64,000 nt of DNA, taken from contig UYFQ01000416.1 of NCBI GenBank assembly GCA_900617105.1, positions 1 to 64,000 on the forward strand, given 5' to 3'. Under the pieces are notes generated by a model. It had not been told where the DNA came from. It made no database searches and worked only from the letters and a program-made list of their open reading frames with translations. This DNA comes from Hydrurus foetidus (taxonomy: Eukaryota). This document shows positions 35,191 through 50,300 of this stretch, piece by piece (the first letter of the stretch is position 1; each line of letters begins with the position of its first letter). The position numbers were made by a program, and so were the translations under genes.

Positions 35191-36063
35191 ATGGCGACTA
35201 TCGGACTTATGGAGGGGGCGTACTTCGTCGGTCGAAGAGACATCATGGATTTTATTAATAATACTCTGGATCTTCGACTGGCCAAGGTCGAAGATACCGC
35301 ATCTGGATGTGTGGCATGCCAGCTGCTGGACATGATGCATCCGAACATCGTTCCCATGAACAAGGTCAACTGGAGCGCGAATAAAGATTTTGAATACGTG
35401 GCAAACTACAAAATTTTACAAACGGGTTTCACAAAATTGAACATAGACCGTCATATAGATGTTGACAGACTCATCACTGGAAAGTACATGGACAACCTTG
35501 AGTTCATGCAATGGTTCAAGAGATACTTTGAGCTTACCGTCAGTGATGTCAGCAGATACGATTGCATTGGGCAGAGGTCGAAGGGTAAAGGAGGTGCCGC
35601 TATGGCCAGCAGCGCTGGTGGGGCAAAAAAAACATCAGTTCCAGTAGCCGTGAAAGCATCTAAGCCTCGCACCGCTCCCGTCACAGCTCCTTCAGCGGCA
35701 CCTATCAAGAGAAGTACATCAGTTACTGCAGCTACACCGGCGGCAGCTGGCAGTCACGTTGACGCAAACATAGCAGCCAAAATGGCAGCTTTAATCGCTG
35801 AAAACGAAAACCTAAAAGCCAACTCAGAGCAGAGCGGTGAGGCATTAAACGATTTACGTCACGAGATGGACGGCTTGGAGAGGGAGAGAGACTTCTACTT
35901 CGACAAGTTGCGTGACATAGAAGTCATCTTCCAGGAAGTTGAGGACAAAGGCGAGACATCCGAAACCACGACAGCGGTCTTCAAAATTTTATATGCCACT
36001 CAGGATGGCTTCGAGCAAACAACTGATTTTGTGTCGGCAGATGTTCCGGCCGATGACGCTTAG
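35191..36063 (+). CDS. EB1: Microtubule plus-end binding protein EB1 (RP/EB family), intronless
   Basis: CH domain (GAYFVGR, NYKILQ..F, DNLEFMQW) and EBH motif LERERDFYFDKLRDIE...ILYAT. Confidence 0.96.
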   Translation: MATIGLMEGAYFVGRRDIMDFINNTLDLRLAKVEDTASGCVACQLLDMMHPNIVPMNKVNWSANKDFEYVANYKILQTGFTKLNIDRHIDVDRLITGKYMDNLEFMQWFKRYFELTVSDVSRYDCIGQRSKGKGGAAMASSAGGAKKTSVPVAVKASKPRTAPVTAPSAAPIKRSTSVTAATPAAAGSHVDANIAAKMAALIAENENLKANSEQSGEALNDLRHEMDGLERERDFYFDKLRDIEVIFQEVEDKGETSETTTAVFKILYATQDGFEQTTDFVSADVPADDA

Positions 36064-36820
36064 AGTAGGCGAGATTAGGGAGGGAAGTCCTTCATCCCAT
36101 TTTAGAGAGCAATAATTCAAAAGATGTTGACTGGATAGTTGCCCCGCAGTAATTGTGTGAGACATACTTCCGGATTTGGAACTGTCGTCTACCCGAAAGT
36201 CATTCATATAGATTCCTTTATAAACAGCAAGAAAGTCGCGTCGGAAATCTTGATCGATTTTTCGTTACATTTTGATCTCTAACTTACTTCGTATTTACTG
36301 ATAGTACCCTAGATAGCGCACATCTAAACCTCCGTCGCCAATCTATTAATCGACGGTCAAGCTATTTCAGTGATAAGTTTAGTACGGTCCTACTCGTTAT
36401 GCCAACTTGTGTGGAAAGTCTTAAAATTTGAGTGAACTAATTCCAAGCGACTGCTGTCACTCACTTTCACGCCTCTTTTACTAACTCACAAGTCTGTCGT
36501 CTTGCGTTGTAGAGGTCCTACACGCATCAGACATGTGACATGGAAAACCTCAAACCTCCACTTAACTTATTCTGCTGCCATACGGGCACACAGCTGTGTG
36601 TGAGGTGTGAGAGTTCAGGATTCAACAGATGATGGGCCTTTGGTTCACGAATCTGACCCAGGGTCTGCTGCTCCATAATATATTTGAATTTTGAAAGTTT
36701 GACTTGTCGATAGCATCACTCATCAGCCATCTCAATCGCTAATTCTACAGATGCCGGACTGCCGTGGAGTATTGTGAGCCATGATGATGATGAATAATTG
36801 TCTAAGTTGCTAGAGGTGCA

Positions 36821-39800
36821 ATGCAAACTGATCTGTCGAGCGACAGCAGCTTTGAAAGTGATCATCAACGGGAGATCCCTGTTTCTCGATCAGATTTAAG
36901 AAAGCTAATCTCAGGAGATGTAGAAGGAAGAATCTCAACAACAACCGAGGAGAGCGCTCCGAGTGAAATAAGCAGACGAACAATTAAGAAAGCCTTTTTG
37001 AAGCTGCCGAATGATAGGCTCTTTACAGGGCGAGACAGAAACCGCGATCGTCAAGTTTATAATAGGTGAACATATGATTCTACACACCACTTACATGCAA
37101 AGCTGCGGTGCTAAACGAAGTTACGATCTCTATGCAGCTTGCAGTCATCGTCGATGTTTGCCAGAGGCACTTCAGTGAGAGGAAGCGAATCGCATTGTAC
37201 TGGAAAAAAGCCTGATGTTCCACCGAACCGTTCTCAGCCTAAAGAATCACACTCATCTCTAAAACATGACTCGAATCTAACTAATATATTGGATTATGAA
37301 CACGCTTATGAACCATCACTCCCTAGCAATGTGCGAAATCCTCAGGCGACAGCGTATACGAGGGAGATAAGTGCTACGAGGTCGCATCATCAAAATCGAA
37401 TGCGGAATATAGAAGTGGAGTTTCGTGGGAGGTCTCAATCACCATCAAGTTCGTCATCTAGTTCTACACAATCCACCGACAGTGGGGTTGATGCGGATCA
37501 GCATGAGGAGGAATATGATGATGGCATGAATGTTGACAAAATGGAGCACATATCTGCAGTTGTTGACAAATGTTGCAGTGCTCTTGCTGAATCAACACAA
37601 TCATCAATCGCCAAAATAGTGGATGCAGCACAGAAAGAAATTACTGCCTTCGGATTCTGCCTGTCTCAGTTGTGGATATTCTGCCCTAAAGGGGGTCTGT
37701 CATCCCAGAAGGAAGACGGCACGTACGTCAGTATTTCTCCGAATAAAACAGAAGATATTCTGCACTCAGTGTTTAGTCCTAAGAGTATCAAATTAGGCGT
37801 TAGGAAGGAGATGCAGAATTACGAATCAGAAGGGACGTGTTTTGGTTTGGTTTCGCCTGGAGATGCTCATTGGGAATATTTGACTACTCTCATTCTATCA
37901 AAATGTCGAACATCCGATAATGCTGGTACTGCTGGAGCTGGAAACAAGGAATGGGGGAGCATTTACTTGATGCCCATCTCAGCAGTATCTGAATATTCTG
38001 TTTTTTCCAATAGGAAAAATTGTGAAGGATTTATTATGGCTGTGAAAAGTGTTCCTGAAGCAGAAACATCGAGCAGAATCAGAACTGGAATCAGTAACGT
38101 CAGCAGGTCCAAGGTCCACACAGCAATGTCACTCCTGTGGTATAAGCAACTAGCATCAGCTATATACCTTAAACTGAAAGCTGTTAAAGGTAGTGCAAGA
38201 GGTAGTGTAGGAGGTAGTCTTCAGGATCCAATTTATCCGGATTTTGATTTAACTTCCACAGAAGCCTTGAATGGACTCAATCGGAAAGAAAGCAACTCAA
38301 CGTCAATCCTAGATAATTCAGAAGAACGTTCTTCCATTGCATTTGAACTAGCCGTGTTCTGTTCAAAGTGTTCTGGAACCGCAACGTTAGAAGGTCTGGG
38401 GTCCCTGGTTGGTGACCTGTTACCCCGCGTGCTGCGATGCAGCAAAGTGACACTACTCATACTGGAGAGCAACAACACAGAAAAGGGGAGGGAAGAGGAG
38501 CAGGGGGAAGGGGAGGGGGAAGGGGGGGCTTGTTTCTATCCGGTCAGCGGAAGCATTGATGATCGGTTCATGAACAGAACGACCTTGGACCAGCTGTCTC
38601 GAGTGGATTCCTTCCTTGAGTCCCCTTCACTGCGTCACTCACACGTCATGCTCTCCAAACCCAACACTAATGTGCCGTATGGCGCACTGCTGATCGTGAG
38701 AGACTCCTCACAAGATGGAATGGGTCCAGGGTCTGGAACTGGTTCTGGTTCCTCTTTGAGCGATGCTGATGCGCGGGTCTCTTTAATGGAAATAATAAAC
38801 ACCTCGATACGGAGTAAGTACGACACGCATGCTGTATCGCATGGCATGGTATTGCAGTATTGTGTTACCTGTGCTGTAGATGTTATCAAGTGGGGGAAGT
38901 TCATTTTCTTCACTCGATTTCAATAGGAGATCCCACCTTGCTAGGTACAGTGAGGTGTCATGGTGCAAGCAACATTCAACAAGTGTTCATCTGTCTGCCC
39001 CACCCCAGTTTCTTTCATTGATGCATTGCGACAACCGTACGATTCTGGACATAATATTTTTATCCTAAAACTCCACTGAAATGTAAACCCAATAGACAGT
39101 GTGACGTACGTTCAAGCCGTACGCACTACTTCTTCTTCTCATCAATCTTCCAAGACAGCAGAGAGGGTTGCAAAAGAAATCCAGTCCCTAAAGGGGGAAA
39201 TCGCATCTCTCTCCCGATTGAAATTTCACGCAGACGCTAAGTGCGCTGAGATGGCAGATAACAACAAAGCGATCAAAGAAGGTAAGTGGAATCAGATCCA
39301 AGATCCACGGTTATTTTGTACTAACGTCATTCTTTTTGAGTTCAATTAATTGAGTTTAATTTGCGTGTCAAATGTCAGACTCGTTCAAGTCACCATATGA
39401 TGATGTGCGATACTTGATAGTGGTGAACTAGAAAAGCATCAATAGTTGGACTGTGTAATAATTGTACCCTATTTGTCTGGAATGCAGTCCTGGAGTCCTC
39501 AACGATACTGCACGGAAATGCGATTAGGAAGTCTCGAGACATGCTCAACGACTACTCTCTAAGAAGCAGCCAAAACCTGAAAAATGTTAGGCGTGAAATT
39601 GCCGAGGGGGAGAAAAGATTGGCTCTAGAAAAAGCGAAAAGGGAAGCAGCGGAGGAAACTGTGTGCGGGCTGGAATCTCTGATCCATGGTCCCTTCTCCA
39701 GTCCCATTTCTTGTACCGTTGATGCCGTTACCCGGCTAAGGGATTTCGTTATGACCGGTATAACATCTGCAGAGCATGCGGCCGGGTCTGGAATCTCTGG

Positions 39801-42800
39801 TCCAGGGTCCCTCACAGGGTACCGGTCATCGGTAACAGTGATGCACGTCATTTCAAGAGGGCAGGGAGGGCAGCTGATGGGAGGGGGAGACATACGAGGT
39901 GTGTAAGGAACATCAAAAAATTATGAACACAGTGTACATGAGTTCACTGTCCTTATCACTTGAGCATTGAATGCTATTCCTGCTTAGTCATTGTTACACG
40001 ATACTTGTCGGGTCTTATTACATCTCTTTCCTACGATCACATCTCGTCCTGTTGTATCCTACCTATGATTTATCAATTAAATCGCCCATTTACTATTATT
40101 CCCACTCTTCCTTCACGCCACCCTTCTTCCTTTCTATTCCCAGGAATTCTTTCTGCTGCGAATGAAGCCATTCTTTCGCGATCCTGCGTGGAGAAAGTGA
40201 GCGAATATTGCAGACCCTGGATCTTAGAGAAAGAAGATCTTGTCTCGCAGCGGGCACAAAATGAGAATCAGTTAGTGTGCCTGTGTGTGCCCATCACGAC
40301 CCCTCGTGATTTGGGACATTCTGATGGTGATATTGATGGTTACAATGATGGAGGTGGTGATAATGGAAGAAGGAATGGAGAAAATTGTTGTTTTGTTTTT
40401 GTAAAACACCTCACACATGACGATATCAGAAAAAAAGAAGATAAAGAGACAGATGACAATAGGAATAGTCCTCAGGGTGATAGCGAGGAAGAGAAGAATT
40501 TCTTTTCCCCCAGTGAAAGAGGAGTGCTTTTCGCTGCGGTGGCTATCGCGTGTCGCTCTTCTTCCTCCTCTTCCTCATCCTCACTTTCTCAGAACACACA
40601 CAGACCAGGGATCTTGAACCAAGGTAAGGATTTTTTTTTTTTTTTCAACTCCATATTTTCCATTTATTTCTATCTCATCGTACAATCATCCTCTTCTACC
40701 CACCCTCGCCTGCACCAATTCGTTCAACACTCTCTCTCGATCTGCAGGAATTCTTGCTGTCAAAAGAATTCCCGAAGAATCTGCTGAAGAATATCTATCA
40801 AGAAACGACTCTATAGAAGAGGATCTTGGATCTGATTCCAGACAATACGAATCTTCACAAGGCAGTATTGGGAATGGCATACTATTTTATCGTAAAGCCT
40901 TAGCATTTTTAAAATTGAAGAATTTAAGCAGAGAAAATAGATTGCAGACCCTGGACCGAATGACGTCAGAATTGTCAAGCAGCAATTCCCTTATACGGTT
41001 TCTGGAACAAAAATTCGGTGACCTGTCAGTGATGATGAAGGTACGTCAGAGCTGGGGTTGCTTATTGCTGTCACTGGTGTGGGGCCAGTGTGTGTGGTGT
41101 TTGTCTATTTCTTTTCACTCAGTCTTAATCTTATACACGATCGTTTTTCTTTTCTCTCCTTGCCTGATCTATCATCGACACTCACGACAACAGTCTACTC
41201 ACATCGCAAACACGCACTACACATCTTCCAGGGCCTAAACGGATCGTCCCCGGGGGTCAGCACGGGGGTAACAGATCTGTGGGCCAGAGCATGTCCCGTG
41301 CTGATGGGGGTGTTGGGCAGCTACACATCCCTGAAGAGCTGTGCGCTCTGCGTACTGGGAGATACAGGCTACAGGGAGGGGTTGAGGGTATTTAGGGTGT
41401 GTGGGAGCAGGGATGGAAAGGGGGATGGTGGCGACGAGTGGAATATGGAGGGAGTGGGGGGGAGGGAGAGTAAGGTGTGTGTGCTTTCAGTAGCTGAGCT
41501 CTCCACACCCCTGAGGGATCAATACGACAGCGGTAAGCGGCATATTCATGCGGGGTAGACGGTACATTTTCAGTCTCTCTATGCACTGCAACAAATCCAT
41601 GTCAGTCTATCAAGTGCAAGACAATGAAACTGTTCGCCAGTCACAGTACCGACATATTATGTCCACGTAAAAGTGTATGCCTATTCTTCTTTCCCTTACT
41701 TCCTCTACCTCTTTCTGCCTCACCATCACATCAGTCGCTTATTAGTATCCACAACTGTTTGCGCTGCTGTTCTTAACCATAGACCTTCCTCTTAATTCAA
41801 CTCGTCCACTCCACTCCACTCCACTCCACTCCACGCTCTGCTGTAGACATCAGCCAGTCCGATTCGACTGGGTCATCCGATCTCGGATGCACGAAAGGAC
41901 TGGTAAAGATTCAATCAGAGACGGCACTGCATCCAGCGGTGAGTCAGTGCATACGTGACATCATGTCGAATCCGAGTCACAACCACCGGTTACTCAGGAT
42001 GGTTGATGGGCGCATCGTGGATGAAGAGGGACACAGCCCTCAGGGGCTCTCAAATATTGACCCCCCTGGGGATGGGGATAAGAATAGGGATAGGCAAACA
42101 AATAAAGATGTGGATAGTGATGGAACTGAAGGGTATCGCAGAAGTAGCACAGAGAGGGGGAGCCCTGCTGCCAAGAGGACAGCAAGTCAAGATACCCTCA
42201 CTCCAACTCCCACCTCAAAGGGAGATGAAATCTGGCTGATGCCTGTACGCACAGCACGCACAGTACTTGGTGTGCTGCAGATCGCGATAAAGGCGGACCG
42301 GAGGGCCCGGCATACCCCGTCTCCTTCTCCTGCCCGCTCTTTCTCACGGGTATCCTTCTCACCTGATCTTGACTTCAATTCGAGGGAAGGAGAGGGAGAG
42401 GAGAGATGCGTGGAGGAGGGAGAAGCGAAAGAGAAGAGAAAGCTGCATGCGACAAACTCTCTAGCTGCCTTCTCGGAACTCTTCGCTCCTCTCTTGAGTG
42501 CTGCTCAGCAGGTGGAGAAGAGAAGTCACAGCAAGGTGGGTTCTTGCAGCCTCAATAAATGGGTGGCGAATCACTTCATCTCACTCTATCTCATTAAATT
42601 GCATTTCTTGTTCGATGATACGGACAATCCATCGCTCATTCCCCACTTTCTCCGTTTATATGAACATTTCAATTAGATGAACTCATCCGAAGAGATTCCT
42701 GTCAAGCGCGACTCAACAGCCATCAACACTCACAGTGCTGCGACAGAACCGGATAGACCGAACCAAGAACCGGACACATCGGCCGGGTCTACCGGAGATG

Positions 42801-45800
42801 ATAGCAGTGTTAGCTGTAAATTGAGGACTCTCATTCGGTTCTATTCTGACTGCCTCACCCTCGCTGCTAAGGGCAGCTTGAAATCCTTCCGATCGGAACA
42901 CGATAACGCACTTGGTATACCCTCTGCAGATTCAGAAGTGGTTCCTAAAGGGGGAGGGACCCTGGATCCACCCATTTCATCATCATCGGATAGGAGGGAT
43001 GGAGATGCGTTGATGGCGTCACTCATCAACAGTGTGGTGGAAGTCACGCAAGGAAGAGCAGCTAGCAGACTGGGCATTCTTAATGAACCGTATTACAAAA
43101 ACACTGCCCATTCCTCTACCACCTCTCCTATTGATGGTTCCCTCAAAGGACAGTTCTCCAAGACCATGGACATTCCTTGGCACTATGGGACGAAGGCAGG
43201 GGGTGATCTTTATTCGTCCCTGGGGGGAGGGAGTGGGGACAGTGACGTAGGAGTGTTGTTAGAGGCGGAGGCGGCGCAGAGCGTTCTATCGAGGTAACTT
43301 TTGCTATAGCGCTGTTTATGACCGTCCGTGTTATAGAGCACTTGCATGATAAAGCCGAATTCAATCAGGAGATATCGCATTCATCGATTATGTAGTGAAG
43401 CATTATAACTCATCAGTTGACTATTGTGACATTCATTCCTCTCTATATTCCCTCAGATCCAAATCAGTGAAGGAAATCACCCTTCCTGGAAGAGGGGATT
43501 TCTCCGTTTTCACATTTCCTCTTCTGGGCTGTAGCACCACTTTCAAGATGGGTGAGAATAGTGGCACTGAGTTTAGAAGGGAGGAGGATGTTGTGTGTGG
43601 AGTGTTTCAGATCGTCATGAATCGCACCCTTGATGATGTCATCAATAGTGAGAGACAGGGACAGAGACAGGAACAGGGACAGGGACAGGGACAGGGACGG
43701 AGAGAAGTAGGGGACATCGATCAAACAGTGGAGATATTTAGCATGGTTGCCAAAGCTGTCATGCTAACAACCCAGCTGTTGCAGCATAAAGGGGAGGAGG
43801 AGGAGTTCAGATTAAAACTTCAAGTTGACTCGAACGAACTGACAGCACACACACGACAAGTAGAAGGTGAGTGTTCTTCTTGGCGAGACACTTCGGAGAT
43901 GTGGAGATCCGTTACTGGAGGTGCACTGGCCTTGCTCTCGGCACGTGTGGTGGACGATGATACGTCATTCGATCAAGCAGTGCTGCTCGTCAAGCAAAAC
44001 AAGAATCTGATTCAGGGTCTAATGAAAGGGAAGGAATGCGCGATTACGAAGGAGAGGGATTTGAAGAGAATGGATCGGATTGAATCAATGGCCAAGATGA
44101 CAGCGGAGCCAAAAGAGGAGGTCAAGAGAAAAAAAGCGTCAACTTCAGTGAAGTTAATTTCTACCTCATACAAGCATGACGATGAGATCTTGGACCAGAG
44201 ATTCCAGGCAATCAGAGCTCTGAAAAGCATTTTAAGTGCCACTAGTTGTCTGGAAGCCAAGACTGCCGAGAATCCTCCTACGGTGAGATATGTTGGAATT
44301 TATAGGGCTCAGAAGCGATGTTGCGCAGTGCAGTGCAGTGCAATTCAACGCTGTCGGGTATTCAATTCCCTCTTGCGCCTCTGATTGCGTTTCCCCTCTC
44401 CTGTCCACTCCTCTCATCTCCTCTCCTCTCCTCTTTTCTCTTCTACTCTCCTCTTTTCTTTTCTCCTCCTCATGCAGGATGTTGGTGCTGTTCTCAGTCC
44501 CCTAGGGGAAACATCTACTCCCTGGTCGAGGGTGTGCACTGATGACGATGAGAAGGACATACCGGAATATGCAATCAACTCTACGGTAAGCGCGTCATTA
44601 TAATGATCGCTACAGCTAGTACCCTTTCTCCTGCGCAGACAACCGGATAATTCATTGTTTACTAGAGTGCACAGTGATTAAATAAGCGCATCGTCTACCT
44701 CTGTCAATTAGATGCACTTGACTCTAAATTGGATGCACTGCTAACATCTCTCAACCGTATAGGCCGTCCGCCCCAGTCGCTCAGACCGTAAACAGCCGGT
44801 TGAACCGGATGAGCGCACGGTCCGTTTAGAGATTCTCTCGAGGACCCGCAGGATGATCCGTGTGGTGTGCAGGGACAGCATGCGGATCCTGGACCTTCCA
44901 TTCCACTCCGGTGATGCTAAATTGACCTCCCAGATGGGATCGAAAGCAATTAGTATGGGGATAGGTACAGGTAGCGAGACAGGGACAGGAAGAGGGACGA
45001 TTACGGGGACGGGGGTGGGGAGGTCTCAAAGCGATTCTGCCTACCCGGGAGAGATCGGACCTCCCCCCACTTCCTCGCATCCCGCACACCTGTCCCCTCT
45101 TCTGGCCACACAGGATACGTGTCTGAAGATCCTGGATCTAATGACTGTACTGATGGATGCCGAGGGATGTGCACTGCTCCTCAAAGCACAGGACAGCGTA
45201 CTTACGGGTAAGAACGTGCTCAATAGACCAGGTAGTGATACATCATATCAGGCTGTATGTACAGGCACAGCATTGAGTTGGTATGGACTACGACCAAGGG
45301 AAATGGGCATTGTGAAGACACCACACAATTCACGTGACTCGGGCTACTCCCTGGTGCAGACCTGCATGCAGCAAGGACGTTCCATTGCTGTGGAAGATGG
45401 AACATCTGACCCAAGGTACTCCTACGTCATGGACGGCAGCTGCCTGAGCGAGACACCCTTCTTGGCGGTACCCCTTAGGGGTCGGGACGGGGTCTGTGTG
45501 GGGGCATTGATGGCGGTCAGGAGGAGGGGCAGTGCTTTTTATGTCCAGGTAAGAGGTGCAGTGAAGGAGTGTAGAGAAGATGTAGTTGTGAGATGCATGA
45601 TGATAATGATATGAAGGGAGTGTAGAGCAGGAGGCAGGAGAGAGCATGATTCCTATTTCTGCCGCAATGATTGTACGGACATTTTATTCACAGTACGTGC
45701 ATATCCCCTCTCCAATATACGTTTGACACCAACTCACTGCACATCATACATCATGTATTCTCCTTTCCAACAGGAGGATATACTGGCTGCAGAGATGCTT

Positions 45801-45956
45801 TCATCGTACGCATCCATCGGACTGTACTGGTGTCAAGGTACAGGATCTCTTCAAAGAAGACTCTTGAAGAAAAAGAAGAAAGTCGAACAACTGGAGGAAA
45901 ATATGGCCTTGTTAGAGGCCAAGTTGAAGTTGAAGTTGAAGAGGAGAGAGGATTAA
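36821..45956 (+). CDS. Large multi-exon protein with coiled coils and GAF-like domain(s); exon structure partly resolved
   Basis: Successive plus-strand coding blocks (36821-37064, 37139-~38815, 39150-39281, 39490-39900, 40144-40623, 41230-41532, 41847-42535, 42677-43293, 43458-44283, 44478-44585, 44763-45548, 45773-45956) with GT-AG ends. C-terminal GAF signature: VEDGTSDPRY..D.....PFLAVPL.GRDG..VGAL.....F..EDI. Confidence 0.65.
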
Positions 45957-47397
45957 TTCAATCGTCTATACAGTTCCGATCATCTCATCTCTCTTGAGGG
46001 AGTTTTGGCGGGAGAGAAAAATATGTTTTTCTATTGTAATATTATACACTTCGCACTGTACAGTAGTTGCTGCATGTACGTGCTTTCGAATTTTGTTTAG
46101 GCACACTAGATGCCGTCACATTTCACTAGACTTTTATTGTACTAGCTTTCTACAGCTTACATCATTGTTATATCCAATTTTATTCACTCTATGAGAAAAT
46201 TGTCTTCGTATTACAAGAAGATTTCAAAAACTACGTACTAAAGTGGTCTACCACCAATCGATTACGGGACTTTACTGTTGGGTGGGGGAAATACAACAGA
46301 ACACAAAATCGAAACTGTACAGATTACTGACACAAATCAAATGATGTGAAACAAAAACCGAAAACTTGAAACAATAGTAACAGGTTCTATTGAGTTTAGT
46401 ATGTACGTTTGTAGATCGCAGAGTTCGTCCGTCCCTGACTGAGTCTGTAGGTAGGTTAGGTTCAGTGTATTCTGCAGATTATTTCTTTCCTTCCTTCCGT
46501 GCTCTCATGCGACTACTTGCAAGAATGTGGGGAGGAGCGGGACGCAAAGGAGAGGGCTGTCTTATCTCTACTCAGTCACATCGGTTGGCTCAGTCATTGG
46601 GTATGTGGACTAGCACGCCAGTGCTGCAACAGACAGACTAGTGCAAGACCAACGCAGACAAGACTATTCCTGACTTGACTAGACTAGACTAGTCTATACA
46701 GTTCTAGACCGCATCAATTGCAATGTCGTGGCTATTCGCATCGAATTATTCGGATTGAGACTTCTTCAGCACTGCGCTGGAATAATGCCATCATTTTTCT
46801 GTCTCGTTGCCAATTAAATTTTGTCCCATACGGTGTCTTACACAACGACAAGCATGAAAGGTCCAGCAACCTGGTCTTTGTTTTCGAAATCAATACGTGG
46901 AAATGCTAGGGGTGGACTTGATTAGAGTCGACTCGGACTCACGAGAAACAGACGGCTAGAAGGAACGGCGACTCCGTTGAACAGAATCCAAGCTTAAGAT
47001 ATTGGCTGTAAAGTCGCTTCGGAAGTACGGAGGGGGAGGGCAGAGTCTGTCGGCGAGGTAATGTCGCGTGTGCGCTCTGGTGGGCGGGCGTGTGTGCTAG
47101 TGCACGATTGTATGTGTCGGTTTGACCCGTCTGTGCGTGTTGTCATGGTTGCCGCTGCTTTCGAGGCGACACGGGTATCGTGTCGTATCATATCATTTCT
47201 TTTCGAATATTCACTCGCACGCCTTCACACTCCCTGCCATGCTATGCCATGCCACACCATGTGCGATCAATCAGTCGTTGATCCCGAGACCAGACTCGAC
47301 TACCGTACACCACACCACATGCATGAGACGATACCATACGATACGACACCATACGGTAGGAGAGGCAGGTAGGCAGGCAGTCCGCCTAGAGTGTATG

Positions 47398-50300
47398 CTA
47401 ACTCTTGCTCTTGACTTCAAGTGGGGGCGGAACGAGTTCGAGGAAGAGGAGGAGCTTGCTCAGATGGGGAGTGTTCTCGAGAAGAATCACGAGTTGGCGT
47501 AGGTACGACTGCAGCACCTGATGTCGCAGAGGAGAGGTTATCGCCATCACTGATGTGCTGCTGCTCGCACACCCTGAGAAAAGAGAGGAAGTAGAGAAAG
47601 GAGATAGGGCGAGGGCGTTACGCGGAGAGGTATGGACACTCAGCTTATTGAGGGCTATGAAACTCGAAACGCATCAGGCGATGCGAGCAAAAGTGATCAA
47701 TGAGCGCTCTACACGACCACAGCGGTACGAAGAGAGTTTCCTTCATGAACAGAAGTCGCTACCCAATAATTCAAAGGGTCAGCAAAGAGCAATATTTAGC
47801 ACGTAATGCAGTACAGTTCAGTTCAGAATAGAGCAATTCAGTCCAGGATATCCAAATATCAATTTCACAGACGCACAGCTTCCTCACCATCAGCATCTTG
47901 GAGTTTGCAAGGCAAAGTGAACAATTTAGGATCAGGGAATTTAGGGACGTTGGTGAGGGTTAGGGGGTCGTCTTTTAGGTCAACTTCAAGGGAGGTGTGG
48001 AAGTCCTTTATGTCACTGAAGAGAAGAGACACGGAACTGCGCAGGGTCCTCCAGGTGGTTACCACCATGTAGGATATCACGACACCGCCCACATCTCTGC
48101 TTTTTGTGACGTCTGTAGTGTGGAGGTAGCGTGTGGTGAGGTGTGGGGGATGCAAGATTGAATGAGGGGGTGGCAGTTGATGGATGGTGAGGCGACGATG
48201 AGAGGTGTGATAGGAGTGGCATAAATACATGGCGTAGAGACAGACACACGGACAGACACACAGACAGACAGACGCTTTAGCAGATCGGCAAACCAAAACA
48301 CTCGTGCATCTAGTCACTTTGTTAAGCTCTACATTCTATGTGGTATCGTTGACAAGCAGTAAACGACAGCAGACAATTTAATATACGTGGCTGCAGAGCA
48401 AAGCATATACTTAAAATGGAGAAAGCATTTCTCGTCCAGAATAAATGTACGTACCAACTTCAATTTGGCTTGAGAAGTTGCGGCATCCAAAGGATTTCAG
48501 AACGGTGCGATGCAGTGCAATGTGGATGCCGAGCGAGTCCAAGATCTCCTCCCCCAGACCTCTCCGTTGAATCTTAGTGACAGGGAGAAAGATATTGGAA
48601 GTGTTTAGAAAGAATGAAGTTAAAGAGTAGTGATGACGAGTAGAGAAGTGGAGAGCGTGCTAATGATTGCGAGAAGGGGATCAGTAGTGCGGTTGATCGT
48701 GCGCGAGGGAAAGGGCAACAATCCATCATGGAGAGCTAAATCAATGGGCGCTATTGTGCAGTCAGTCGTTCGTATGGCATAGCAGGGGATGTCAACGATA
48801 CTACGCTGCACTACGATGCAATGCACTGCACTGCACTGCACTGCAATTCACTACATCGCACTAGAATCCGAAGCGCTGCGCCACAATTTACTGCAGTGCA
48901 CTCACCGTCTCCGCTGAGTCGAATCCCTTGCCGATGAAGGCAGCTTCATACTGCCTGAGCCCCAGCCCCTCTAACCAGGCCCCCACAAGAGATGTCTGCA
49001 CGATTGAGAAGTTGCGTTTGCTTCTGTGGTGCGGCATGGGAGAGAGTGACTGGGTGTGAGCAGTTTCTGAGAATAGTTTCCTGATGCTCCTTGACTGCCT
49101 TCTGTCCCTCCTCATGACGTCATCACCGCTACTGGTGTTCCGATGGATCGTGATAGCTTTGAACTCGTCCAGTCCGTCATCAGTGCCGGAGTCTGTTCTA
49201 TTTTCTTTGACGATTGAATTGGACACCGATCTGGTGCAACATTGGTCCGTGTAACGGGGGTTCTCCGTATTTTCAAGCATAGAAAGCGACTAGGAAACGA
49301 AATAAAGAAGTATTAGAGAAGATGTTAGGATTGGAAGAGTTACTTTAGAGACGGCTGATACCGATGCGAATAAGGTGCATGTAGAAGTGAGACAAGATAT
49401 AATCAGATCAGATCAGATCAGGGCAGCAGTAGGACACCGACTTGATAGAGGGAGCCCATGGAGTCAGCAGATCCGGATAGATACGAGCTGCCTGTTGAGT
49501 TGGACTGGTCCTTAATGTGTGGGGCTCCTTCACTTTCATTCGCCCTGTCGATGGCCTGATGGGTGGGACGAGAGAGAAGGATGTTATATTAGTGTGAGAG
49601 GAGATAGTAAAGGGAAAGGGTTTGGGAGAAAAACAAGGGAGGCAGAGAAAGCGAGAGGTGTCGCACAAAAAACTTTGATCAAGACGAAGAAGGAGAAAAG
49701 AAGGGGGTGGAGTAGTGAGTGCGTGGGCATGAAGACAACGGAATGCAGAGTCAGAGTCTGAGAGAAGAGGATGAGAAAGGCTCTGCTATGCATCACAGTC
49801 GTGTATTGCATCGTAGTAGATCAGCTACAGCTACATTGCGCACCTCTTGAAGGGCTCGCACCCAGTCGTCCATATCCGCGTAACTCTCAGCCGCAAACTC
49901 ACGGTGTATGTACTTCCCCGTTCCGTCAGACCCAGTTAAATTCATCACTTGAAATCGGAACTGGAGCGTTTTGATGATGCTAGCGCCTCTGAGGCAGTAG
50001 TACTTCGAATGCAGCCCAGCGGATGAAGTCCATCTGCCAGTAAACAATCAGAAATAAACAAAAGTGGAGCTGGAAATCAGTGATAATCAAGGTGTCTACG
50101 AAGTCAGGATCTCTCCCCTTCCCACTCCCCCTACGTAATATCACTTCAAATGCTTGCAACATCTCTGGTGAATTTTAACGACAGAATGTCACACACATGT
50201 GCGTATGAGCAATTGTAAGAAAGACACACATGTAAATGTTTCTCGAGCAATGCGAGACTTCTAATCAGTGCATTAGACATCAAGAAAAAGCACGTGGAAC

